DNA of 64,000 nucleotides from an uncultured Candidatus Saccharibacteria bacterium (GTDB lineage Bacteria; Patescibacteriota; Doudnabacteria; UBA920): NCBI GenBank assembly GCA_964416765.1, contig CAYQEU010000001.1, positions 276,480 to 340,479 of the forward strand, read 5' to 3'. Shown piece by piece: positions 7,169 to 17,686 of this stretch (position 1 is its first letter; each line of letters starts with the position of its first letter). The notes under the pieces were generated by a model. It saw only the letters and a program-made list of their open reading frames with translations, ran no database searches and was not told where the DNA came from. The position numbers and the translations under genes were made by a program.

Positions 7169-8356
7169 ATGAAGAAACTTTCGCTTATATTTACAGGGGG
7201 TTTCCTGGCCTTGGCCGCGCTGGCTTTTGGCCTCGTGGGACCGGCCCAAGCCGCTGATTTTTTGGCGCCGAGCGGAAATGACGGCAATTTGACCGTCAGT
7301 AGTTCTGAGACCCACCACAACCTATATGTGGCTGGGGGAAACGTCGCGGTCAACAGCCATGTCACCGGCGACTTGTATGCCGCTGGCGGTTCTGTTTCCA
7401 TTGATGGCATGGTAGACCAGGACGTCACTGCGGCCGGGGGTACCGTGCTCGTGGGCGAACCGGTTAACGGCGACGTGCGCGTGGCTGGCGGACAGGTTAC
7501 CATCAACGCGCCGGTAAAGGGCGATGTTCTTGCCGCTGGCGGTACCGTGATCCTAACCGAAAAGGCGATGGTGGAAGGTGAAGTTCGCGTTTCCGGCGGC
7601 TCCGTTACCATTGAAGGCCCGGTTATGGGAGGGGTATATGTTGAAGGCGGAACCGTTAAGTTGAACAGCAAAATTGATGGTGAAGTTAAAATCCAGGCCG
7701 CGCAGTCATTTAGCGTGGGACCGAACGCCGTTATCGCGAACGAAATTTCTTACATCGGCAAAAGCGAAGCCCAAATTGACGGCAACGCCAAAGCCAACGT
7801 TAAATTCACCACGTTAGCCCAGCACCAAAAAGACAACGGCAAGCGCACCGGTTTCGTCGGATTCCTCATCGGCGGCGCTATCATAAAGTTCATTGCTTTC
7901 ATGATCGCCGGTTTGCTCTTCCTCCACTTTTTCCGCGGCCGCGCCGTGGAAGTTACCGACCTCATGTACCGCAAGACCTGGTCCAGTTTGGGTATCGGGT
8001 TTGTCCTGGCTGTAGCCATGCCGATTGCCATAATACTCTGTCTTGTAGTATTAGTGGGTTACATCGTTGGTTTCATTGCACTGGCTGCTTACGCACTCAT
8101 GGCCATGGTTGGCATGCTGCTCGCGCTCATTTTCCTGGGTGCCTGGATCATCAAGCTCATTACCAAAAAGCCGGCTTTAGTGCTGGATTGGCAGGCGTTA
8201 GCGCTGGGAACCTTGCTCTACATGCTGTTGTGGTTCGTGCCGATTGTGGGTTGGTTGGTGGAGTTCGGGTTGTTCCTCATTGGCTTCGGGGCTTTGGCTA
8301 CCACCCAGTGGCAGCGCATCCGTTCCGGCCACGCGCCAATGCATTCACCAGAATAA
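7169..8356 (+). CDS. Membrane protein with bactofilin-like beta-helix repeats
   Basis: Signal peptide, repeated VxGDVxAAGGxVxI units, C-terminal transmembrane helices. Confidence 0.75.
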   Translation: MKKLSLIFTGGFLALAALAFGLVGPAQAADFLAPSGNDGNLTVSSSETHHNLYVAGGNVAVNSHVTGDLYAAGGSVSIDGMVDQDVTAAGGTVLVGEPVNGDVRVAGGQVTINAPVKGDVLAAGGTVILTEKAMVEGEVRVSGGSVTIEGPVMGGVYVEGGTVKLNSKIDGEVKIQAAQSFSVGPNAVIANEISYIGKSEAQIDGNAKANVKFTTLAQHQKDNGKRTGFVGFLIGGAIIKFIAFMIAGLLFLHFFRGRAVEVTDLMYRKTWSSLGIGFVLAVAMPIAIILCLVVLVGYIVGFIALAAYALMAMVGMLLALIFLGAWIIKLITKKPALVLDWQALALGTLLYMLLWFVPIVGWLVEFGLFLIGFGALATTQWQRIRSGHAPMHSPE

Positions 8357-8380
8357 TAATTAAATTAAACAAGAGATAAC

Positions 8381-8659
8381 ATGGGAATATTTGATAAGCT
8401 GAAAGACGTTAACGAAATGCGCAAGCAGGCCAAGCAGATGGAACTGGCTTTGGCTGGAGAGGAAGTTACCGGTCACTCATCGGGCGATAAGATCAAGATT
8501 ACGATGGACGGAAACCAAAAAGTAAAAAGCGTGGAAGTCAGTGATGACATTGTGGGCGACAGGGGAGAAGTTGCTCGGCACATCCGCGCCGCTCTGGAAG
8601 ACTTAAACAATAAGCACAAAAAGATGTTGCAGCAGAAGTTCGGCAACATGTTAATGTAA
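8381..8659 (+). CDS. YbaB/EbfC nucleoid-associated protein
   Basis: KQAKQME..L....VTG.S....IKITMDGNQKVKSVEV. Confidence 0.85.
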   Translation: MGIFDKLKDVNEMRKQAKQMELALAGEEVTGHSSGDKIKITMDGNQKVKSVEVSDDIVGDRGEVARHIRAALEDLNNKHKKMLQQKFGNMLM

Positions 8660-9081
8660 TGAGCTATGTAGTTTACGCCATCCTGTCCGCGTTTTTCGCG
8701 GCTTTAGTGGCTATTTTCGGCAAGATTGGGATCAAAGGGGTAGACAGCAACCTGGCCGTGGCCATCCGTACTCTGGTCATTGTGCTTTTCGCCTGGGCAA
8801 TTGTGTTTTTGCAGGGCAACGCGCACGACGCGTTGAAGATATCCCGTTATTCTTACGTGTTCATTATATTGTCGGCGGTGGCAACCGGCTTGTCCTGGCT
8901 GTTCTATTACAAGGCTTTGCAGCTTGGTGAAGCCGCCAAGGTGGCTCCAATAGACAAGCTGAGCATTGCCCTAACCCTGATTTTGGCATTCGCATTCCTG
9001 GGTGAAAAACCAACCCTCGGAACAGTGACAGGTGGAATTTTGGTTACCGCCGGAGTTTTGGTAACGGCTTTGGTAAAGTAA
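8659..9081 (+). CDS. EamA family transporter
   Basis: Five hydrophobic helices; SWLFYYKALQLGEAAKVAPIDKLS. Confidence 0.88.
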   Translation: MSYVVYAILSAFFAALVAIFGKIGIKGVDSNLAVAIRTLVIVLFAWAIVFLQGNAHDALKISRYSYVFIILSAVATGLSWLFYYKALQLGEAAKVAPIDKLSIALTLILAFAFLGEKPTLGTVTGGILVTAGVLVTALVK

Positions 9082-9090
9082 CTTCTCTAT

Positions 9091-9615
9091 ATGAGCAAAA
9101 AGCTAACCGCCCTGCCTATAGTCCAGTTTGGGGACCCCGTTCTGCGCGCCGGCACCAAGCCAATGACCTTAAAGCAAATCCGCAGCAAAAAAATCCAGGA
9201 TTTAATCCCGGTGATGTTTTACACCATGAGAAACATTGGGGTGGGGCTGGCTGCGCCGCAAATTGGGTTGCCCATGCGTCTCGCGGTCATTGAAGTTAAG
9301 GACAGTATTGGTGATAGGGGAGAAGTTGATAGTTTCCCCAAAACCGTCGTTATCAACCCAAAGATTTTAAAGTATTCCAAAAAGAAGCGCCCCCGCTGGG
9401 AAGGTTGTTTGAGCCTGAAGCACGTGGCCGCGGAGGCCGTGCGGGCGGATTCGGTAACAGTGAGTTATCAGGATGAAACGGGCAAGAAGCACGTGCGGGA
9501 ATTCAGCGGCTTTACCGCCCAGGTGTTCCAGCACGAAATTGACCATCTTGACGGGACCCTTTACGTGGACCGCATCAAGGACATTAAAACGCTGATTTCT
9601 ACCAGGCGCGTATAA
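9091..9615 (+). CDS. def: Peptide deformylase
   Basis: GVGLAAPQIG, EGCLS, QHEIDHL. Confidence 0.96.
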   Translation: MSKKLTALPIVQFGDPVLRAGTKPMTLKQIRSKKIQDLIPVMFYTMRNIGVGLAAPQIGLPMRLAVIEVKDSIGDRGEVDSFPKTVVINPKILKYSKKKRPRWEGCLSLKHVAAEAVRADSVTVSYQDETGKKHVREFSGFTAQVFQHEIDHLDGTLYVDRIKDIKTLISTRRV

Positions 9616-9733
9616 CGGCGCTTTGGTAAGTCGGCCGCGCCGAGCTAAACTACAAAACAAAAAGACGCTGGACAAACAAGGGACCAACGTCTATTTTGTT
9701 TAAATTGAGTTTCGTCTTAGGGACAGAGCCGCG

Positions 9734-10351
9734 TCAGTTTGAACTGACGAGCTTTAATCCTTCGACGAGAGGACAGTCAGGTCGCGGTTCGCTGAGCCGG
9801 GCGTGAAGAGCGGCTAGCTTGTCGCGGTGAGTGTTGATGGTAGAGGTTTCATCCGGGTGTATGGGTCGCCCGATACGGAAGTTAAGCACGAATTTGGCTA
9901 TGGGAAGCCATTCTTCGGCGTTTTTTTGCAACAGTTCTTCGAGATGGGTAATCTCTGGGGGCTTGAGTTGCTCCGTGCTTCTCGCAATGCTAAGCCTGCG
10001 AGTTTCGGAGTCGTGCTGCCGGGCGTAGTTGAGTGTCTCGCTCAACAAATCGTGAACCGGTTCCGGCAGGCGATAGGTGACATACATCACCATGCCGCCG
10101 CTGACCGCGAAACATAAGCCCAGAAGACCAACAACGTAACACAGCAGACCAAACCCGGCGGACGGATTTACCACTCGCAGGTATTGGGTGATGGACAGAG
10201 CCATAAGAATGACCCCTATTACCATCGCCGACCACAGAATTGCATCCTTCTTTTTAGTCCGGCTGCGGGACTCCAATTGGGACAGTGCTTTTTTGCACAT
10301 CCCATCCACTCTATATCTCGGGTGTTTACGCCGAGCTTTCAATTTCTTCAT
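9734..10351 (-). CDS. Hypothetical membrane protein (two TM helices)
   Basis: 205-aa ORF with GGAGG RBS, consensus promoter and downstream hairpin. Confidence 0.65.
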   Translation of the reverse strand: MKKLKARRKHPRYRVDGMCKKALSQLESRSRTKKKDAILWSAMVIGVILMALSITQYLRVVNPSAGFGLLCYVVGLLGLCFAVSGGMVMYVTYRLPEPVHDLLSETLNYARQHDSETRRLSIARSTEQLKPPEITHLEELLQKNAEEWLPIAKFVLNFRIGRPIHPDETSTINTHRDKLAALHARLSEPRPDCPLVEGLKLVSSN

Positions 10352-10446
10352 AAGTATCCCTCCAATTCTACAAATTCGATTTTCGGCCCGTAAACACTTG
10401 CTTACAATGAAAATCTTAGGTATAATTATAGCATAATTTTAACTAA

Positions 10447-11535
10447 ATGTCAATCCAGAAGAAAAACACAGTAAAGAAAAAACGAGCGTTAATAGCGCTA
10501 TCCGGCGGAATTGATTCCGCTGTTTCCGCGTATCTCCTGCAAAAGGCGGGCTATGAAGTTGAAGGCGCGTTCATGAAAAACTGGTCTTCCACGACCGGTT
10601 TGAAATATGACGAGTGCCCGTGGCTAACCGACCGGCAGGATGCTTTGCGTGTTGCCGCGTTTTTGCGCATTCCACTGCGGACCCTGGACTTTGAAAAGGA
10701 ATATAAGAAGACGGTACTGAATTATTTCTTTGAAGAGTACAAAGCCGGTCGTACCCCAAACCCGGACGTCATGTGCAACAAGGAAATTAAATTTAAGCTG
10801 TTATATGACTGGGCCATGAAGCATAAGTTTGATTACCTGGCGACCGGCCATTACGCGCAGGTTAAGGAAAGCCGCGGCAAGTTTGCTTTGGCGCGCAGCG
10901 CGGATGAGTTTAAGGATCAAACCTATTTCATATACAACATTCGGACCGACCAGCTGCCCCACGTCCTGTTCCCGATTGGCGGGATGAAGAAATCAGCCGT
11001 GCGGGCCATGGCTAAACGCCTAAAACTGCCCAACGCCAACAAGAAAGAAAGCATGGGACTTTGTTTCGTGGGACGAATTCGCCTAAAAGATTTTTTGGAG
11101 CAAAAGTTAAAGCGCAAACCCGGGCCAATTTTGGATATGGAAGGCAATAAACTGGGCAAGCACGAAGGGCTACACTACTACACTATTGGACAGCGTCAGG
11201 GAATTAAGGTGGGTGCAGGCGGCCCATATTACGTCGTAAAGAAAAAATTGGCCAGCAATACTCTTTATGTAACCAATGATCCGGAAGACAAGGCGCTGGA
11301 AGTGAAAGAACTCGAAATTCACAGTGTAAATTGGATAGCCGAACCAAAGAAATTCCCGGCCAAGCTCGCGGGCCGTTTCCGGCACCAGGGGAGCCTGGAA
11401 AAGTTAACCGTAACCAGCATTGGCAAAGGGCATTACAAAGTTGTTTTCGCGAAAACCCAGAAAGCTGTGGCCAGCGGCCAAAGCCTGGTTCTATATGATG
11501 GTAAAATTTGCGTGGGCGGCGGGGTTATAGTTTAA
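10447..11535 (+). CDS. mnmA: tRNA 2-thiouridine(34) synthase
   Basis: SGGIDS, TPNPDVMCN, ATGHY, KDQTYF, TIGQR. Confidence 0.97.
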   Translation: MSIQKKNTVKKKRALIALSGGIDSAVSAYLLQKAGYEVEGAFMKNWSSTTGLKYDECPWLTDRQDALRVAAFLRIPLRTLDFEKEYKKTVLNYFFEEYKAGRTPNPDVMCNKEIKFKLLYDWAMKHKFDYLATGHYAQVKESRGKFALARSADEFKDQTYFIYNIRTDQLPHVLFPIGGMKKSAVRAMAKRLKLPNANKKESMGLCFVGRIRLKDFLEQKLKRKPGPILDMEGNKLGKHEGLHYYTIGQRQGIKVGAGGPYYVVKKKLASNTLYVTNDPEDKALEVKELEIHSVNWIAEPKKFPAKLAGRFRHQGSLEKLTVTSIGKGHYKVVFAKTQKAVASGQSLVLYDGKICVGGGVIV

Positions 11536-11639
11536 ACCCGGCGCGCTCTTTTATTTAGTTAATCCGGCGCGTAAACAAAAAACAGCCGCCCGTATGATAC
11601 AGAGCGGCTAGTCTTTGGGAAGAAAATTTGGTTATAAGA

Positions 11640-12212
11640 TTAAGCAACGAGGGCGTTGGCTGCGGTTGTCGCGGTTTGCGTGGCAGCGGACGTTCGTTTT
11701 CTGGTGGGTAGTGGGGTTGGCGTGGAGTATGATTCTCCCGCCGGCAGGGGTTGGAGTTTCTCCGGCTTGTTCAGCAGAACAACCTGGAGTTTTCGTCCAA
11801 GCAGAACTTCGTAGATCTGCTTGTTCGCGAGTACCATGGGACGGTAACCGCCCCGGTTAAGGTGCGAGCCGATGAGCGTGAGCGCTCGGCCCAGGAGTTC
11901 CGACGAGAACTTATTGGCAACCAGTTTTTGGTAATACTGGATGCTGACATCCTCAACGGTGGTTTCTTCCGTAATTTCCAGCACACGCCGGTCGGTGCGG
12001 ACCCGTTCTCCTGTCTTAACCTTGGTTTCGTTATCATATTCCGGGGTCTTAATGACCCGGTCCAACGGGACGACTAAATCGTGTCCCACTTCTTGTCTCC
12101 GTTCGACGAGGACTTCGAAGAACATTTTCGTCCCATCGGGGCTGAAAAAGAACTTCTTCTGGTCATCATCAAGGAAGACAATTCCTAGGGTGCTTTCTTC
12201 CAAGGGGATCAT
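11640..12212 (-). CDS. Hypothetical protein
   Basis: 190-aa ORF with AGGAGG RBS and downstream hairpin. Confidence 0.65.
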   Translation of the reverse strand: MIPLEESTLGIVFLDDDQKKFFFSPDGTKMFFEVLVERRQEVGHDLVVPLDRVIKTPEYDNETKVKTGERVRTDRRVLEITEETTVEDVSIQYYQKLVANKFSSELLGRALTLIGSHLNRGGYRPMVLANKQIYEVLLGRKLQVVLLNKPEKLQPLPAGESYSTPTPLPTRKRTSAATQTATTAANALVA

Positions 12213-12403
12213 GCTATTTACTCCTCCTGAGTAATTCTACGGGTTTTTGTTTTGGGGATATTATTTTATCGCCTGAATATAACTTGGCGTTACGTTTTAG
12301 GGCAATAATATTTATCAATACTGACAGACCAAGGGCATTAAGTCAATAAAAAATGCCGCCAGGAGTGTGGATATCCGGGCGGCATTTGAGAAAAGCCGAT
12401 GTC

Positions 12404-12850
12404 CTAGCGGGAAGTCAGGATATAGCGAGGTCGGGAATAAACGAATTCCGTGACGGGAGGACAGCGTTTTTGCAAACGGTCCAGCTGTTCCTCGTTAATC
12501 TGCCTTCGACGCAGGAGCTGATTGAGGACATTCCGGGGAATGTCCGATGGGGTCCACCACGCCTCAAGGATGAGGCATCGTTGGTCCAGGGAGCTGTAGG
12601 TGCCAAAGAGGGTATCTAAGGCCGACAGTACCCGGCAAGTCGAGCTGCTGTGGTAGTTTTCCGACCGCAGGATATCCTGGGCCGTCCACGGGGCTTCCGG
12701 ACCGAATAGGTCATGGTAAGCGACGTGGCTCTTGTGGCCAATAACGCGGACGTTATCGCCAAAATTACAATCTACCCCAGCAGTCCGGCAAACGAATTTG
12801 GGGACCTGGTGATGACGCGACTGGGCTATGTGAGTTGCGGTTTTGTCCTC
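12404..12850 (-). pseudogene. 148-codon open frame with RBS but no canonical start; HNH-like His motif
   Basis: AGGAGG-ACAAA-ACC, then open frame TATHIAQSRHHQVPKF...NVRVIGHKSHVAYHDLFG...ILTSR*; hairpin at 12350-12388. Confidence 0.45.
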
Positions 12851-12993
12851 CTAATCTTATGGGATCGAACTAGGAAATAGAGATGGTCGTGTGACCTTTT
12901 GTTTCAGCCTTGTGGGCTAGAGTTTGCCTTCGATTGCCATCCACACATGGTTATGCAAAGACAAACCCCAACCGGATGGTTGGGGCTGAAATT

Positions 12994-15027
12994 TTACTTG
13001 ATAAATTTTACGAGCAGGAGGGCGACGATGTTGATGATCTTGATCATCGGGTTGATCGCCGGGCCCGCGGTGTCCTTGTAAGGGTCGCCTACGGTGTCGC
13101 CGGTAACGGAGGCCTTGTGCGCCTCGCTCCCTTTACCGCCGAAGTGGCCTTCTTCAATATGCTTCTTGGCGTTGTCCCAGGCCGCGCCACCGGTAGTCAT
13201 GGAGATACCGACGAACAGTCCGGTAACAATGGTGCCGACCAGCAGGCCGCCCAGAGCTTCCGCTCCGAGGGTCATGCCCACGACAATTGGGACGAGGACG
13301 GGGATTAAGGCGGGGATAATCATTTGCTTGATAGCGGCTTTGGTAACAATGTCCACGGCACGGGAGTAATCCGGGCGCGCGGTTCCTTCCATAATTCCCT
13401 TGATTTCACGGAACTGGCGGCGAACTTCTTCAACCACGGCTTTGGCGGCTTGGCCCACAGCGGACATGGCGATAGAAGCAAACAGGTAGGGGAGCAGGCC
13501 ACCAATGAGCAAGCCCACCAGAACGCGGGTATTGGTCAGGTCGAATACCGAAATATAGTGGCGGTAGTTTTCAAGTTCCTGAGTGTAAGCGGCAAACAAG
13601 ACCATGGCCGCCAAGCCGGCTGACGCGATAGCGTAACCCTTGGTTACGGCCTTAGTGGTGTTTCCAACGGCATCCAGCGGGTCGGTTACGTTGCGGACGC
13701 TGTCGCCCAGTTCAGCCATTTCAGCAATACCACCGGCGTTATCGGTGATTGGCCCGAAGGCATCAATGGCAACAATAATACCGGTGAGGGAAAGCATGCT
13801 CATAACGGACAGAGCAATACCGTAGAGGCCAGCTAAGTGGAAAGCGGCTAAGATAGCCAAAACAATAATGATTACCGGAGCGGCGGCGGATTGCATGCCA
13901 ACTGCCAAGCCCTGGATAATGTTGGTTCCGTGTCCGGTTGTGGAAGCTTCGGCAATCTTCTTAACCGGATTCCATTTGCCGGAAGTGTAGTATTCGGTAA
14001 TGACAACAATGAAAGCGGTAACTGCCAAGCCAATCAAGGAAGCCCAGTAGAGGTTCATGTAAGAGTAAAGGCCGTTGTCGCTCATGAGCCACTTGGTAAC
14101 CGGGTAGAAAGCGATAGCTGACAGTATGCCAGTTACAATCAAGCTCTTGTAGAGAGCGTTCATGATATTGTTGGTTTTGCCGAGGCGAACAAACCAGCTG
14201 CCGATAACAGTAGTAATAATAGAAGCACCACCGATAATTAACGGATAAGTGATAGCGTTAGGGTAGTTAGGGAATACGGCAGCACCGAGCAATATAACCG
14301 CAATAGCGGATACCGCGTAAGTTTCGAACAGGTCAGCAGCCATACCGGCACAGTCACCAACGTTGTCCCCAACGTTGTCGGCGATTACGCCAGGGTTGCG
14401 AGGGTCATCTTCCGGAATGCCAGCTTCGATTTTCCCAACCATGTCGGTTCCCACATCAGCACCTTTGGTAAAGATACCGCCGCCTAAACGGGCGAATACA
14501 GAAATCAAAGAAGAACCGAATGCGAGGCCAACGAGAGCAGTTAAGTCGTGGGTTAACAAGTAAAAACCTGATACTGCCAAAAGCCCGAGCCCTACTACGA
14601 AGAAACCAGTTACGGAACCGCCCTTAAAGGCAAGGCTCAGTGCCGGTTTAAGGCCTGACTTGGCAGCCTCCGCGGTGCGGACGTTGGAGCGCACGGAAAT
14701 GTTCATGCCCACGAAACCGGCCAGCGCGGAAAGGACGCTACCTACCAGGAACCCAAGAATGGTGTTTCCGGAGAAGCTCAAACCGCCGGCGTAGCGGGTT
14801 AGGTACATTAATACAATAATGATTACCGCTACCATCCCAACGGTCTTGTACTGGCGGGAAAGATAAGCTTTTGCCCCATCCTGGATGGCTTTGGCAATTT
14901 CTACCATTTTGCCCTGGCCCGCGGGTTTAGCCAGGATTTGGTAAATTAAAAAGACCCCGTATAGTAAAGCGAGGACTGCACTTCCGATTGCATACCACAG
15001 GTAGGTATCGGTGACTGAGTTTGTCAT
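12994..15027 (-). CDS. hppA: Membrane-bound H+-translocating pyrophosphatase
   Basis: [47 protein letters not shown]. Confidence 0.96.
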   Translation of the reverse strand: MTNSVTDTYLWYAIGSAVLALLYGVFLIYQILAKPAGQGKMVEIAKAIQDGAKAYLSRQYKTVGMVAVIIIVLMYLTRYAGGLSFSGNTILGFLVGSVLSALAGFVGMNISVRSNVRTAEAAKSGLKPALSLAFKGGSVTGFFVVGLGLLAVSGFYLLTHDLTALVGLAFGSSLISVFARLGGGIFTKGADVGTDMVGKIEAGIPEDDPRNPGVIADNVGDNVGDCAGMAADLFETYAVSAIAVILLGAAVFPNYPNAITYPLIIGGASIITTVIGSWFVRLGKTNNIMNALYKSLIVTGILSAIAFYPVTKWLMSDNGLYSYMNLYWASLIGLAVTAFIVVITEYYTSGKWNPVKKIAEASTTGHGTNIIQGLAVGMQSAAAPVIIIVLAILAAFHLAGLYGIALSVMSMLSLTGIIVAIDAFGPITDNAGGIAEMAELGDSVRNVTDPLDAVGNTTKAVTKGYAIASAGLAAMVLFAAYTQELENYRHYISVFDLTNTRVLVGLLIGGLLPYLFASIAMSAVGQAAKAVVEEVRRQFREIKGIMEGTARPDYSRAVDIVTKAAIKQMIIPALIPVLVPIVVGMTLGAEALGGLLVGTIVTGLFVGISMTTGGAAWDNAKKHIEEGHFGGKGSEAHKASVTGDTVGDPYKDTAGPAINPMIKIINIVALLLVKFIK

Positions 15028-15111
15028 TGTCTATTTGGTTACTGTTAATACTGCTTAATTTTCTGGTATAATTATAGCGATTTAAGGGTAAAAGTCAAAA
15101 ATTAAGAATTT

Positions 15112-15300
15112 ATGAAAAGCCTGTTTAACGCTTTAAAAAGCCAGAAAAATTATGCCCTGATAGTGGGTATTTTGCTGTTCGCGGTGGGTCTGTTGGGGTT
15201 TGCCTTTCGCAGCGCCACTTCCTTGCCCCCGCTGTACCTGATAGTATTCCTCGCGCTGGGATTCTGGGGCATATTGGTGAGTTTTAATAACCAACAATAA
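15112..15300 (+). CDS. Small membrane protein
   Basis: Two hydrophobic segments; followed by a terminator. Confidence 0.6.
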   Translation: MKSLFNALKSQKNYALIVGILLFAVGLLGFAFRSATSLPPLYLIVFLALGFWGILVSFNNQQ

Positions 15301-15317
15301 ATTAGTGGACTTATTTT

Positions 15318-15342
15318 AAAAGCCCTCCTTTCGGAGGGCTTT
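15318..15342. terminator. Bidirectional terminator
   Basis: aaaagccctcc-tttc-ggagggcttt between convergent genes. Confidence 0.7.
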
Positions 15343-15352
15343 ATAATTTTCT

Positions 15353-15907
15353 TTATTTTCCCGCGAACGCCACGCTTTGCAGAATCGATCTGAATTCAGG
15401 GATTAGGCTTTGGTCTTCTCCGGCGTCAAAAGTGAAGAAAGTTTTGCCGGTTTTGACCCCAACAACCATGTCATTGGCGTTGATTCCCTGAACGCCACCC
15501 ACGGTGGTGGTGCTTGTTTGCAATCCGGCCAACCCTACAAAATCATCCGTGGTGATGTAGATGCGGATATTGTCCTGGCCCTCGGACGGCTTTATAGAAA
15601 TGACATCAAAATTAGTTTGGTCGTAGGTCTTGATGGCCCAGTCCTGCGGATATTTGAATGAAATCAAATGGCTGTCGTCATTAAACACTTGCCAGTCATC
15701 CGTAGCCGCGGCAGGGGCGTTAAGCGGAGGGGTAATGTTGGCGTTTTTAGCCGGCGCTTTCTTGGCTACTTGCTTATGGGCTGGTACGACCGGCAACTGG
15801 ATTTCCTGCTCTACTTTTTGGCTCAAATAATAGACCGCGCCCGCCAGGCCGAGAGCAATCAGCAAGAGGACACCAAAGGACAATGTAGGTTTTGTGGCTT
15901 GGATCAT
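15353..15907 (-). CDS. Membrane-anchored PsbP-like domain protein
   Basis: N-terminal TM; DWQVF....HLISFKYPQDW; FRSILQSVAF. Confidence 0.6.
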   Translation of the reverse strand: MIQATKPTLSFGVLLLIALGLAGAVYYLSQKVEQEIQLPVVPAHKQVAKKAPAKNANITPPLNAPAAATDDWQVFNDDSHLISFKYPQDWAIKTYDQTNFDVISIKPSEGQDNIRIYITTDDFVGLAGLQTSTTTVGGVQGINANDMVVGVKTGKTFFTFDAGEDQSLIPEFRSILQSVAFAGK

Positions 15908-16095
15908 TTGTTGAGCTGAGTATTAAAAGTTGAGTTTAGATCGGCGCCGCTGCCGCAATAATACAGGTGCTGGCTCAAGTTAACGCAAAAGCCAGGGTTT
16001 TTTTGGACGTAGGAGTACTTTGGGAGAAACCAGTACAGGAAGACGGCTAGAGCGATTAGGACGGCGTAAAAAAATATTTTAAAGAATTTTAGCAC
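15904..16095 (-). CDS. Small membrane-anchored hypothetical protein
   Basis: N-terminal TM; 4-nt overlap with the next gene. Confidence 0.55.
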   Translation of the reverse strand: MLKFFKIFFYAVLIALAVFLYWFLPKYSYVQKNPGFCVNLSQHLYYCGSGADLNSTFNTQLNK

Positions 16096-16217
16096 TTTTA
16101 TTTCAATATATTCGGTCCGGAACTTTCCTTAATTATATCATAGACAGGGGGGAAATCCTAACGCAACCTTGATTTTTCGCCTGTTTTCCAGTATATTATT
16201 TGGGCATTTAAATATGA

Positions 16218-16292
16218 TGGGGTGTAGCCAAGCGGTAAGGCAGAGGACTCTGAATCCTCCATGCGAAGGTTCGAATCCTTCCACCCCAGCCA
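16218..16292 (+). tRNA. tRNA-Gln(CTG)
   Basis: GAGGA-CT-CTG-AA-TCCTC anticodon arm, GTTCGAATC, CCA. Confidence 0.96.
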
Positions 16293-16298
16293 AAAAAG

Positions 16299-16359
16299 CC
16301 CTCCTATATATTTCTTCACTAAACGGATGCACCGAATCGTTCAGAAATATATAGGAGGG
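16299..16359. repeat. 17-bp perfect inverted repeat around a conserved 27-nt loop (copy 1)
   Basis: ccctcctatatatttct-TCACTAAACGGATGCACCGAATCGTTC-agaaatatataggaggg. Confidence 0.85.
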
Positions 16360-16365
16360 TTTTGT

Positions 16366-16569
16366 TTACTTAGAATATTCCAGGATGTCGCCCGGCTGGC
16401 ACTCCAGAGCCGCGCAAATTGCTTCCAGCGTGGATAGGCGGATGGCCCGGGCTTTCCCGTTCTTTAGCACGGAAATATTGGCCATGGTGATGCCAACCTT
16501 CTCGGCCAGTTCCGTGACACTCATTTTTCGCTTGGCCAGCATTACGTCAATGTTTATGATAATCGCCAT
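16366..16569 (-). CDS. Cro/C1-type HTH regulator (YozG-like)
   Basis: MAIIINIDVMLAKRKMSVTELAEKVGITMANISVLKNGKARAIR. Confidence 0.92.
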   Translation of the reverse strand: MAIIINIDVMLAKRKMSVTELAEKVGITMANISVLKNGKARAIRLSTLEAICAALECQPGDILEYSK

Positions 16570-16573
16570 AAAA

Positions 16574-17038
16574 TTATACGGTTAAGTCGTTTTCCTGTTT
16601 GATGTCGAGCGCGTTCTGGATGAGCCGCTGGAGGACCGCCGCGAAAGTGCCAATCACAAAAGAGGCAAAAATAATAATAAGGCCGATAAGAACCACGCCG
16701 GGCGCGTCGTCCCGGTCCGCCGCGTAAAAGATGTAAGGCATCCCGAGCATAAACAATACGCTAATAGCGAACCCGCAATATTTTATTTTTTTAAACGCCT
16801 GAACCGACAGTTTGGAAAAGGGCTCGTTTTTGTCGATATATGTCAGGATCTTCCAGGATTGGAAAAGTGCCAGGAAAAATGGAATAGCTGGAATATAAAG
16901 GCCAAGCAGTATAGGGCGGTAATACCCGGTACGGTCATCCATGAGAAGGTAGGGGATACCGGCGACGCAAATTGCCAGTACCACAACCGCAATACCTACC
17001 AGGACTAATTTCAAGAATAGAGTCGAAGTGTTTTTCAT
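16574..17038 (-). CDS. DUF2975 membrane protein
   Basis: LTYIDKNEPFS...DDAPG...ALDIKQENDLTV. Confidence 0.85.
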   Translation of the reverse strand: MKNTSTLFLKLVLVGIAVVVLAICVAGIPYLLMDDRTGYYRPILLGLYIPAIPFFLALFQSWKILTYIDKNEPFSKLSVQAFKKIKYCGFAISVLFMLGMPYIFYAADRDDAPGVVLIGLIIIFASFVIGTFAAVLQRLIQNALDIKQENDLTV

Positions 17039-17047
17039 TATTTATCA

Positions 17048-17527
17048 TCAAACAGTTAATTCGTTTTCTGTCTTAATCTCAACGGCCTTTTGCAAGTTTC
17101 GCTCCAACACCGCCGCCGCCGCTATTACGATGACAGACCCAAGGGTTATGATAACTCCCATGGCGAACCCGCCGGTCGCGTCATCATTCCCGTGCGTCAG
17201 CATGATCCAAATTTCTTCAGCTATCACAAAACCGATAACCACCATGGCACAGCGCTTGATTGTCCTCACGGCCTGGACAGCTACAGGGGAAAATATTTTG
17301 TTGGCGCGTGCGTATCCCAAAATCTGGAATGCTTTGTATACGCCGATAAAGAAGGGGATGGAACCGGCATAAACGAGAGCCAGGAAGGGGTCCTTAAAAT
17401 AAATTTCAAAGTTGGTGGCGTGCGCGTTTACCCCTTCGCGCTGGGGTTCAATAATAAGCAGGGCAGCGGCACCAAGGCCAATAAGGACAAGGACTACCTG
17501 AAGGAATATTGTCGCACCTTTTTTCAT
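17048..17527 (-). CDS. DUF2975 membrane protein (paralogue)
   Basis: C-terminal AVEIKTENELTV; four TM segments. Confidence 0.85.
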   Translation of the reverse strand: MKKGATIFLQVVLVLIGLGAAALLIIEPQREGVNAHATNFEIYFKDPFLALVYAGSIPFFIGVYKAFQILGYARANKIFSPVAVQAVRTIKRCAMVVIGFVIAEEIWIMLTHGNDDATGGFAMGVIITLGSVIVIAAAAVLERNLQKAVEIKTENELTV

Positions 17528-17686
17528 ACAGATGTGGGTTTTAGTTGGTTATATTAGCAGGGTAATAGCTTATTTATCGTTTGTCAATATATTTTTGCTG
17601 ATAAGTATTATTTAATCTTGACAAAAAGTAGAAAATGTGCTATCATTATATATTACGCCTACAGAGGCAATTTTAGGAGGGCTCTT

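Noticed and set aside
12685-12700. Suspected frameshift or TGA recoding in the start-less frame
   Set aside because: On re-reading, the run has four G and the frame is continuous; TGA ends genes such as metK, so the standard code applies.
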